Source: Bacteroidia bacterium
GTDB taxonomy: Bacteria > Bacteroidota > Bacteroidia > NS11-12g > UBA9320
Assembly: GCA_965216465.1 (NCBI GenBank)
Contig: CBDCFW010000005.1
Coordinates: 32,001 to 96,000 of the forward strand
DNA length: 64,000 bases
Reading direction: 5' to 3'
Positions 19,655-28,054 of the stretch are shown here, one piece after another; within the stretch, counting starts at the first letter, position 1; each line of letters starts with the position of its first letter. Made by a program: the position numbers and the translations under genes. Below the pieces are notes generated by a model. The model was not told where the DNA came from and searched no databases. It worked only from the letters and a program-made list of their open reading frames with translations.

Positions 19655-20873
19655 CGATTAATCTCTTGGTAGCGATAGCTTCATCCGAGCTTAGAATAAC
19701 AGTATAAACTCCGCTCGTTAAAGAAGAAGTGTTGATTTTGCCCGTAGCATTTGCAAGTACTTCCGTTTCTATTAAAGTACGTCCTTGTAAGTCGATTACT
19801 TTAACCGTTGCGTTGGTGTAGTCGTTGTTCTGAATATTTAAAACGTTGTTAGCTGGGTTAGGGTAGATTGAAGAAAACAACTCTCTCTTAGAATCTACAG
19901 AAGCTCCACCAACAATCTTTTCGATGTTGAAGTAATATCCTCCTGTAGCTCCACCAACATATTTAGTGAAATAAATCTTCCACATTGCACCCGATTTCCT
20001 TTTTACAAAGTATGCAAGGTCTGCAGTGATGTCGTACTCGAAGGTTGACATGTTAAAGCTTTTCCAATCTGATCCAATCTCGGTCATATTATCTGACCAA
20101 GTAAGGGTATTGGTGTCGTTATCCATAACATCAACTCCCTCTCGTTTAGCTACTTGGTAATCTTTATTCACCTTAACTCCACTTACTGGGTAAGCAACTA
20201 GGTCTGGACCTGCTTGTATTTGTACCATGTACTTGGTGAAAAGAATATCCCAATCTTCACCAACTGGTTCTTCATTTATAACTTCACGGCTTGAATTGCT
20301 GTAAAGAATAAAGTTTTTACCGGCATATGCTTCACCTTTTTTGTCAATGGAGAAATATTCCGATTGACCGCCGCCAATGGCACCAATTTTAACAGTGAAC
20401 ACACCACTAGCACTCATTTCAGAGATCATCATTTGATTGTAAGAGCCATCACCGTTTTTAACAATAAGAATTTGCTTGCCGTAGATGTAGTGATTTCCAG
20501 AATTGTAGTCTCCCCAACCGTAGTCTGGGTGGGAAGTTCCTTGGTTAGCAAACGCTCCAGATTCCCAAGTTTCTGTCGAGTTATATAAGTTATCCCAAGC
20601 CATTCCAGTAGTATCTACTGTATTCCAATCGTTAGTATCTGAACTGTACACGAAAGCTGAAACACCTGCATTTTCATTAATAATAATACTTGCATCGAAA
20701 CCTTTAGTCGTAAATCCTATATCCCAAGTAGTTCGGTCTATTGACTTAACTTCATCGTTGCTAAAGCTGTAATAAACATCATTTACTCCGCCATTAGTAA
20801 TTACAGAGTCTGCTTTTTGAGCACTAGCGTTAAGTGCAAATAGCGCAATGATTAGTGTAAAATATTTATTCAT
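19647..20873 (-). CDS. T9SS type A cargo with HmuY-like domains
   Basis: Sec signal MNKYFTL..ASAQ; WDIGF, YGWGDY..H, WDILFTKY, IGSDWK, WKIYFTKY; CTD IYPNPAN..GVYTV..KRLIVE. Confidence 0.75.
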   Translation of the reverse strand: MNKYFTLIIALFALNASAQKADSVITNGGVNDVYYSFSNDEVKSIDRTTWDIGFTTKGFDASIIINENAGVSAFVYSSDTNDWNTVDTTGMAWDNLYNSTETWESGAFANQGTSHPDYGWGDYNSGNHYIYGKQILIVKNGDGSYNQMMISEMSASGVFTVKIGAIGGGQSEYFSIDKKGEAYAGKNFILYSNSSREVINEEPVGEDWDILFTKYMVQIQAGPDLVAYPVSGVKVNKDYQVAKREGVDVMDNDTNTLTWSDNMTEIGSDWKSFNMSTFEYDITADLAYFVKRKSGAMWKIYFTKYVGGATGGYYFNIEKIVGGASVDSKRELFSSIYPNPANNVLNIQNNDYTNATVKVIDLQGRTLIETEVLANATGKINTSSLTSGVYTVILSSDEAIATKRLIVE

Positions 20874-20927
20874 TTTATATAGTTGTTGTTTTTGAACGCT
20901 GCAAAAGTGTCTGATAAGATGGTTTAT

Positions 20928-20963
20928 AAATACCCGAAAGGGTAATAAAAATACCCCAAATCG
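20928..20963. promoter_or_regulatory. Putative AraC tandem operator (direct repeats 21 bp apart)
   Basis: AAATACCCGAAAGGG at 20928 and AAATACCCCAAATCG at 20949, upstream of a CACTTTTG -7-like element (minus strand, 20902-20909). Confidence 0.5.
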
Positions 20964-21070
20964 AAAATACTGTATGATTAGTGTCATAGTTGCAACTGCT
21001 TGATATCATTGAGCTATAGACTTATTTACAAAATCGCATTACATTTGTTGCAGAATAAATAACCCAAAAA

Positions 21071-21889
21071 ATGCACACAATTGGTCATCAGATTGAGCTT
21101 AAACTATTGAACATAAATCCAGCTCCAACCGCATATCATTTTGAAAGTGGGAACATATGTTTATTCATCACGGCGAAGCAACCTGTTATGATGCCAATGG
21201 GACAAAGGAGCATTCCTCTTCCACCTAATTCTATTTATTTATTCTATGATCAAAAGCGAAATTTTGACTTAGCTTTTCAAGCTGACCACAACGCTGATTT
21301 ATGTATTATTCGACTTTCAATTGAGGCCCTGCACCACATCATTGCATTAGGAACCGATGAATTAAACTTTAAGCAAGCTGCTATCTTCGATAAAGAGCAG
21401 TATCATCATTTTGAGCCTGCAAATGAGAAAATTCAAGAGTCATTGGGTCTGTTGCTAAAGAACAAAGACAATGTGTTATTCAGCGAAGCCAAGAAATTTG
21501 AAATTCTAGACCACTATTTCAATACACAAAACGTTACGACCTACAAGTGTCCTTTCCTTAATCAAAAAGACAATGTAAATAAGGTGAGAGAAGCGAAGGA
21601 AGCTTTGATTCATGATTTGCGGAATTCAATCACAATTAAGGAGCTAGCTAAAAAGGTTGGCTTGAATGAATACAATTTGAAGTCAGGATTTAAAGAGATC
21701 TACGGTAAGCCAGTTCATACCTATTTAAAAGACTATAAGATTGCTCATGCCCGAGAATTGATAGAAGCAAAAGAATATCAAATCAATGAGATTGCTGATA
21801 ACCTTGGATATTCTAACGTTAGTCACTTCATAGAAGCATTTAAAAAGAAGTACGGGGTTACACCTAAGCAATTTGAATTAAGTCTTTAA
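21071..21889 (+). CDS. AraC family transcriptional regulator
   Basis: TIKELAKKVGLNEYNLKSGFK, IADNLGYSNVSHFIEAFKKKYGVTPKQF; TACATTTG at 21040-21047. Confidence 0.93.
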   Translation: MHTIGHQIELKLLNINPAPTAYHFESGNICLFITAKQPVMMPMGQRSIPLPPNSIYLFYDQKRNFDLAFQADHNADLCIIRLSIEALHHIIALGTDELNFKQAAIFDKEQYHHFEPANEKIQESLGLLLKNKDNVLFSEAKKFEILDHYFNTQNVTTYKCPFLNQKDNVNKVREAKEALIHDLRNSITIKELAKKVGLNEYNLKSGFKEIYGKPVHTYLKDYKIAHARELIEAKEYQINEIADNLGYSNVSHFIEAFKKKYGVTPKQFELSL

Positions 21890-22090
21890 GGCTTGAAGTT
21901 GAAACTTGTTAACCTCGAGTTGAATCCAAAGAAATATTCAAACACTAAAAGCGTGTGGTTCGAGAAACAAAATTGATTGAATTTCAGCACGATAACGACA
22001 ACTTATACACGAATTCTAAAAGTCTATAGATTCCCGTGTCAGTTTGTATTTAATTTGCCGTTCAATTTTGCAGTTAATTAAAACACAGAA

Positions 22091-23047
22091 ATGGAAAAAC
22101 TAGAATGTTTAATCATCGGATCAGGACCAGCGGGTTATACCGCGGCAATTTATGCAGCAAGAGCAGACATGAACCCAGTTGTTTATGAAGGTTTACAACC
22201 AGGTGGTCAGTTGACGATTACAACAGATGTAGAAAATTATCCAGGGTACCCTGATGGAATTATGGGACCTGAGATGATGGAAAACTTCAAAAAGCAAGCT
22301 GTTAGACTTGGTGCTGAAACGCGATACGGTATGGTAACATCAGTAGAGTTTGATCGCGATGGCGGAACACATAAAGTAACCGTTGATGGCAAGACTGAAA
22401 TTGAAGCCGAAACTGTGATTATCAGTACAGGTGCAAGTGCTAAGTGGTTAGGCATTCCTTCAGAAACAAGACTTAACGGTAGTGGAGTTAGTGCATGCGC
22501 TGTTTGTGATGGATTCTTCTACAGAGGCCAAGATGTAGCTATTGTAGGTGCTGGAGATACTGCGGCTGAAGAGGCTAGCTACCTTTCTAAAATCTGTAAC
22601 AAGGTTTACATGTTCGTACGTAGAGACGAGATGAGAGCTTCTAAAGCTATGCAACACCGAGTAGAGAATCTAGAAAATGTTGAGATTCTTTTCAATACTG
22701 AAACTGATGAGGTACTTGGCGACATGGCTGTTGAAGGTGTTCGTGTTGTAAACAATATCTCTGGAGAAAAGAAAGAAATTCCAATTTCTGGATTTTTTGT
22801 GGCTATTGGGCATAAACCAAACACCGATATCTTTAAAGACTACCTAGAGATGGATGATGCTGGTTATATCATCACCAAACCAGACAGCACAAAGACTGAT
22901 ATTCCAGGTGTTTTTGTTTGTGGTGATGCACAGGATAAGATTTATAGACAGGCAGTTACGGCTGCTGGAAGCGGATGTATGGCTGCTCTAGATGCAGAGC
23001 GTTATTTGAGTCACAAATCGTTCCACAGTAATCTACCAACCGTTTGA
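22091..23047 (+). CDS. trxB: Thioredoxin reductase
   Basis: GSGPAG, CAVCDG active site, GAGDTA, YRQAVTAAGSG. Confidence 0.97.
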   Translation: MEKLECLIIGSGPAGYTAAIYAARADMNPVVYEGLQPGGQLTITTDVENYPGYPDGIMGPEMMENFKKQAVRLGAETRYGMVTSVEFDRDGGTHKVTVDGKTEIEAETVIISTGASAKWLGIPSETRLNGSGVSACAVCDGFFYRGQDVAIVGAGDTAAEEASYLSKICNKVYMFVRRDEMRASKAMQHRVENLENVEILFNTETDEVLGDMAVEGVRVVNNISGEKKEIPISGFFVAIGHKPNTDIFKDYLEMDDAGYIITKPDSTKTDIPGVFVCGDAQDKIYRQAVTAAGSGCMAALDAERYLSHKSFHSNLPTV

Positions 23048-23324
23048 TATAAAAAATACCCACTTTTGTCACAAAAGTGTCATGTGTTAGTCAGCTTTGC
23101 ATTAAGTGAAGGCTATACACCAGATTAAACTTTCCACTTAAACCATTAAACGTCAAAAGATTACATGCCTCATGCAGGACATTTCTTAAGTTTGTGTTGA
23201 TAAGTGCTAAAGTTTGAAAATAGAATATACCCCTACCTTTGTGGCATCAAAATTGCGTAACAAGTATCAGAAGATCTATTTGATATAACTATATCGCCAA
23301 CACTCCCTTAAACATATTCCTATT

Positions 23325-23888
23325 ATGAAAAATTTTAAAACACATCATGTTGTTATAATGCTTTTTATGATGGCTTTTGTAGCTATGAGTTTTGCATATG
23401 AACAAACGCCACAGCAGTTAGCTGTGCGTGCAATGCACAAAATGCTTCCTCAATTCAACGAAAAGGAAGTACCTATTTCAGTGCCTGCAGTTCCGCAGGT
23501 GAAATCAAAATCTGTTTTCGAAGTTGCAGATTCTATCTGCCAAGAAGCCGGTGTTCCTTTTGAATTGGTAAAAGAAATTGGAAATAACGAAAGTGGATGG
23601 AGATACATCTCAAACACCAATGGTGGAACTGACCACGGTGACCTACAAGTAATCGACCAGACCTACTGGTACTGGTACGACGAACTAGGCCTTACTGGAG
23701 GAAAGACAAGAAGAAACTACCTTAAAGTTGGAATCTATTACCTAAAATATCTACACAACCGTTACGGAAGCTGGGAAAAAGCTCGCTTCGCATATGGTCG
23801 TGGTCACTGGAGAGAACCTTCAACATGGACCGATCTTGAGAAAAAATTTATGGGTAAAATCGATTGGACCAAATACGATAAGTCTTAA
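23325..23888 (+). CDS. Exported lytic transglycosylase (SLT-like) domain protein
   Basis: Signal peptide; NESG, GDLQV, GIYYLKYL..YGSW...AY motifs; TACCTTTG at 23234-23241. Confidence 0.65.
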   Translation: MKNFKTHHVVIMLFMMAFVAMSFAYEQTPQQLAVRAMHKMLPQFNEKEVPISVPAVPQVKSKSVFEVADSICQEAGVPFELVKEIGNNESGWRYISNTNGGTDHGDLQVIDQTYWYWYDELGLTGGKTRRNYLKVGIYYLKYLHNRYGSWEKARFAYGRGHWREPSTWTDLEKKFMGKIDWTKYDKS

Positions 23889-24886
23889 TTAAGAAAGTGT
23901 TTCTTAATTTCGGCTAAGAAAAATTTTAAAGGAGTGGTTTTCACTCCTTTTTTTATGTTCGCTTTTGCAATTGCAATAATCCGTAGCCAATGCTTGGCCA
24001 AAGCAAAGTGAGCTTTGAATATGTTGCTTTGATCGTAAATATGTCCTGGCTCAGAACTTACTCCATTAAGCTCAAATACTTTGATGTTTTGACCCTTCTC
24101 CAAATCTTCATACGTTGGCACTTTTAGGTCATATCGGCCATAATACACTCCCTTTACAGACTCATTGAGCTTATCAAATACCGCATTAACTTTTTCATTA
24201 ATCTTGCTGTTTTTATCCAAGAACTTTGTACCCTTCGCATGATTTCCAATTTGATATACTACGAAATCTACATGCTTTCTGGGAACGACGTTTAACACTT
24301 CACTTCTCTCTTTTTCAAGTACTTGCATGTACAATCGATGGCGAGGATGAGCATTAACCAAAGAGCGCACAGTTGATTCTCCATCTCCCTGCACGCTAAT
24401 AAATCTTTTTTCAGATATCGAAGAAACTCGTCCTTTATTCGTTCCTGGAATTTTGGAGTACAACACACCCAATTCAAGCCGGTAGTCTATATACTCTTGA
24501 ATCAAGAATTCATTAAACTCATTGCCATATTGTACCAGCTCGTCTTTATTCATTAAGATCTTTACTCCATACCCCCGCTCTCCTATATTCGGCTTGCAAA
24601 CTAAAGGAAATGCCCAAGTGTTTTTTTGAAGTTCCTGATCCAATTCTTCAGTATTCGTTATCAACTTTGATTTGACTTTAAACTCTTGAGGAATCAGCTT
24701 CATGATAGCGTCTTTTTCTTCCCCGAAAAATCCACCCATAAATATCCCAGGATTGGTGGCAGTAAAATATAACAATCGGCGGGTTACGATTACACCATAC
24801 GCATAAATGGGAAGCAGAGGTACAAAGAAAAAGTACCATGGCCAAAATTCGTATCGGCCTAATTTATATAAGAATTTAGATCTCAA
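23885..24886 (-). CDS. ATP-grasp domain protein (D-Ala-D-Ala ligase-like, Bacteroidota type)
   Basis: FPLVCKPNIGERGYGV, QEYI, YGRYDL, FELNGVSSEP. Confidence 0.8.
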   Translation of the reverse strand: MRSKFLYKLGRYEFWPWYFFFVPLLPIYAYGVIVTRRLLYFTATNPGIFMGGFFGEEKDAIMKLIPQEFKVKSKLITNTEELDQELQKNTWAFPLVCKPNIGERGYGVKILMNKDELVQYGNEFNEFLIQEYIDYRLELGVLYSKIPGTNKGRVSSISEKRFISVQGDGESTVRSLVNAHPRHRLYMQVLEKERSEVLNVVPRKHVDFVVYQIGNHAKGTKFLDKNSKINEKVNAVFDKLNESVKGVYYGRYDLKVPTYEDLEKGQNIKVFELNGVSSEPGHIYDQSNIFKAHFALAKHWLRIIAIAKANIKKGVKTTPLKFFLAEIKKHFLN

Positions 24887-24992
24887 GGACTACAACGGGA
24901 AATCCGGAATAAACAAATATAATAACGAACTGAATTTCAAACCCTTACAATGCACCGATTTTATTTCTATTTTTGCATAGAATATTGCTATC

Positions 24993-25985
24993 ATGGAAGA
25001 AAATCAAGAAATTTTTTCAGAAGAGACCCCAAAAAGAAATCGATCACTACCTTTATTTATAGTGCTTTTCCTGGCTTCTTTAGGACTGAACCTGTTCTTG
25101 TTTTTTAAATATGCAAAAAATGGTGTTGAGATTCAGGAAAAGAATCAGGAGTTAGCTATGCTGTATAAGGCGGCTAACTTGAAAGCAGATTCGCTTCAAC
25201 AAGAACTGGACTTAGCTATTCAACAGCTCCAGGATAAAATAAATGAAAATCTTGCTCAAGAAGACATTAAAGAAAGTATCCGATTTGAACTCGAAGAGCA
25301 AAAACAATCACTTATTGCCGCTCAAGCTAAAATTTCGAGACTGATTGCAAGTGGAGCGGGAGGATCAGATGCAGGTGCAGGATCTACTGCTTCTAACAAG
25401 GCTCTACTTGCTGCAAAAACCGAAATAGACGAGCTTAAACGAACAAATACAGAGTTTATAGCAAAGGCGGAAGATGCACAACGCAAATTCGTCGAAGCTC
25501 AAAAAGAGGCAGAAGAAAATGCTATTATAGCTGAAAATTACAAGATAGAAAACGACAGTTTGGTTGAAGTTACATCCACCTTAAACAATAAGCTTAAAGC
25601 TGCCAGCGACCTAAACATTGCAGGACTCAAGGTTACCCCAGTTCGAACGCGCAAAGGTGAGCTTGAAGAAACGGATAGGGCCAGCAAAACTGAAAGATTA
25701 CAAATTAATTTTTCTGTTCTCGGTAACGAGCTAACTCAGAAGGAAGAAAAAGACATTACGATTCGAATTATCGAACCAAATGGTGCTGTACTCACTAAAA
25801 ATACCACTCAACTTACCAATAGTGCCGACCTTTATACGCTTAAAACTAGTATTGACTACGATGGAACCGAAAAAGGCGTAAAATATTACTACGACCACGA
25901 TGCCAGTTACAAAAAAGGAGTTTTTAAAATTGAAGTGTACAACAACAACCGACTCCTCGACAGAAAATCGTTTAGCTTACGCTAA
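24993..25985 (+). CDS. Membrane-anchored coiled-coil protein
   Basis: One N-terminal TM helix, long heptad region, beta-rich C-terminal domain; TATTTTTG at 24968-24975. Confidence 0.7.
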   Translation: MEENQEIFSEETPKRNRSLPLFIVLFLASLGLNLFLFFKYAKNGVEIQEKNQELAMLYKAANLKADSLQQELDLAIQQLQDKINENLAQEDIKESIRFELEEQKQSLIAAQAKISRLIASGAGGSDAGAGSTASNKALLAAKTEIDELKRTNTEFIAKAEDAQRKFVEAQKEAEENAIIAENYKIENDSLVEVTSTLNNKLKAASDLNIAGLKVTPVRTRKGELEETDRASKTERLQINFSVLGNELTQKEEKDITIRIIEPNGAVLTKNTTQLTNSADLYTLKTSIDYDGTEKGVKYYYDHDASYKKGVFKIEVYNNNRLLDRKSFSLR

Positions 25986-27212
25986 GTCCATCTCCACTTG
26001 ATTCTCCAAAAGATATTCTAGCGTCTCACGCTTTCTAATAAGGTGAGCTTTTCCTTTGTAAATCATAACTTCAGCAGGTCTAAGTCTTGAGTTGTAATTT
26101 GAACTCATCGAAAAACCATAAGCTCCAGCGTTACTGATTGCCAGTACATCATGAACTCGAACTTCATTTAATCTTCGATCGTAACCTAAGGTATCTGATT
26201 CGCAGATATAACCTACTACAGAGTATATACGCTCAGTTCCCTTTGGATTTGAAATATTAGTGATGTGATGGTATGCATCGTACATCATTGGACGAAGTAA
26301 ATGATTCTGACCTGAGTTAACTCCTGCAAACACGGTTGATGTTGTTTGTTTCACCACATTTACATCTACCAACAGATAGCCAGCGTTACTAACGATGTAC
26401 TTACCTGGCTCAAACCACAATTGTAAATCTCTGCCATATTCTTTGCAGAAAGCCTTAAAGCTTGCTACAATTTGTTGGCCTATGTCGTTTACATCAGTAG
26501 TAATATCTCCTTCTTTGTACTTTACTTTAAATCCACTACCGAAGTCCATAAATTCTAAGTCTTTAAATTCTTGAGCTGCTTTATAGAGTAAATTAGCTCC
26601 ACGTAAGAAAACATCAGCATCAAGAATATCGCTGCCTGTATGCATATGAAGTCCATTCACGCGAATACCATAATTATCTACAATTCTCTTGATATGAGGA
26701 ACTTGATAAATGCTGATTCCAAATTTTGAATCGATATGACCAACTGAAATATGGCTATTTCCTCCAGCCATGATATGTGGATTCAGCCTAATGCAACAAG
26801 GGACACTACCGCCATATTCGCTACCAAATCTTTCGAGTGTGCTTAGTTCATCAATATTGATTTCTAAACCAAGATCAACAGCTTGTTTTATTTCGTCAAA
26901 CCCGACTGAGTTGGGAGTAAATAGTATTTCGCTAGGTTCAAATCCAGCTTTTATACCCATGAGAGCTTCTTGAATCGAAACCGTGTCTAAGCCTGAACCC
27001 TCCTTCTTTAAAAGTTTTAGAACATTTATGTTTGTCAATGCCTTACAAGCATATTTTAATTGTACATCAACTCCCTTAAATGCATCCTTAAGATTGTGAT
27101 AGTTAGAAACTATCTGATCTGCATCATAAACATAAACTGGTGTGCCGTAATCGCGGGCAACACTTAACAAATCTACACCTCCTAGGGTGTACTTTCCTTT
27201 TATTAATTCCAT
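25977..27212 (-). CDS. lysA: Diaminopimelate decarboxylase
   Basis: YACKA, SKFGI, HMHTGS, EPGKY, ICESD, AGAYGFSMSSNYN. Confidence 0.96.
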   Translation of the reverse strand: MELIKGKYTLGGVDLLSVARDYGTPVYVYDADQIVSNYHNLKDAFKGVDVQLKYACKALTNINVLKLLKKEGSGLDTVSIQEALMGIKAGFEPSEILFTPNSVGFDEIKQAVDLGLEINIDELSTLERFGSEYGGSVPCCIRLNPHIMAGGNSHISVGHIDSKFGISIYQVPHIKRIVDNYGIRVNGLHMHTGSDILDADVFLRGANLLYKAAQEFKDLEFMDFGSGFKVKYKEGDITTDVNDIGQQIVASFKAFCKEYGRDLQLWFEPGKYIVSNAGYLLVDVNVVKQTTSTVFAGVNSGQNHLLRPMMYDAYHHITNISNPKGTERIYSVVGYICESDTLGYDRRLNEVRVHDVLAISNAGAYGFSMSSNYNSRLRPAEVMIYKGKAHLIRKRETLEYLLENQVEMDLA

Positions 27213-27226
27213 ATTTTAAAAGTGAA

Positions 27227-28042
27227 TTAGGGTAAACTATTCTGAAACTGTTTATACCGTGCCTCAAAGGTTTGACCTTCCTTTCCTCCAAGGGAAGTCC
27301 AATGGGCATTTATAGCCTCTACACGGTTATCCGGGTTCGGATGGGTGCTTAAGAACTGAGGACCGCTGCCACCACCAGAAGCGATGATCTTTTCAAAGAA
27401 TTTGGCTGCACCTCGTGCGTCATAAGCTGTTGGATATAAATATTCAACCGATCTCATATCTGATTCGGTTTCATTATCTCTACTGTAACTAAGATTGATT
27501 AAGCCTTTGGCAATCTGCGATAATGTTCCTTGATTGTTTCCTAATAAAACACTGAATAATACATCAATTCCATAAGCTTTGGTAAGTGCTTCAGTCGAAT
27601 GTCTTTCATCGGCATGAGCAATTTCATGTGCCATAACACCTGCAAATTCGTGCTCTGCAGCCAAAAACTTAATGATTCCGGTATACACATAAATGTAGCC
27701 ACCAGGGGTGCAAAATGCATTAAGTGTGCTATCGTCTTCAATTATGCGCACCCTCCAAACAAAATCGTCTTTATGAACCACATTCCCTGAATTAAGAATG
27801 CTATCGCGTATCGCATATAGGTAACCGTACGCTTCAGGATATAGAGCACTATCTAATACGGGATAAGTAACTTCATCTCCGTCGATTTCTGCAGCGACTT
27901 GAGCTCCAAAAGTTTTGTCATCCTCTAAGGTAAATAGGTTTATTCCTCCACCACCGGGTTCGTCGCTACAAGAATACAGCGATAACAGCCCTATAAAACA
28001 TAGGGTTAATACACTTCCTTTTAAAACCTTAATTAAGTTCAT
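27227..28042 (-). CDS. M48 family metalloprotease lipoprotein
   Basis: NAFCTPGG, HEIAH, YSRDNE..SD, FLSTHP. Confidence 0.9.
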   Translation of the reverse strand: MNLIKVLKGSVLTLCFIGLLSLYSCSDEPGGGGINLFTLEDDKTFGAQVAAEIDGDEVTYPVLDSALYPEAYGYLYAIRDSILNSGNVVHKDDFVWRVRIIEDDSTLNAFCTPGGYIYVYTGIIKFLAAEHEFAGVMAHEIAHADERHSTEALTKAYGIDVLFSVLLGNNQGTLSQIAKGLINLSYSRDNETESDMRSVEYLYPTAYDARGAAKFFEKIIASGGGSGPQFLSTHPNPDNRVEAINAHWTSLGGKEGQTFEARYKQFQNSLP

Positions 28043-28054
28043 ATAAGCTTCCAC

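Noticed and set aside
23061-23079. CACTTTTG-TCA-CAAAAGTG inverted repeat after trxB
   Set aside because: Short AT-rich stem with no U tract; cannot tell terminator, operator or chance apart
23885-24886. ATP-grasp gene as part of a RiPP or peptide biosynthetic cluster
   Set aside because: No precursor peptide or tailoring genes nearby; it is a common stand-alone Bacteroidota family
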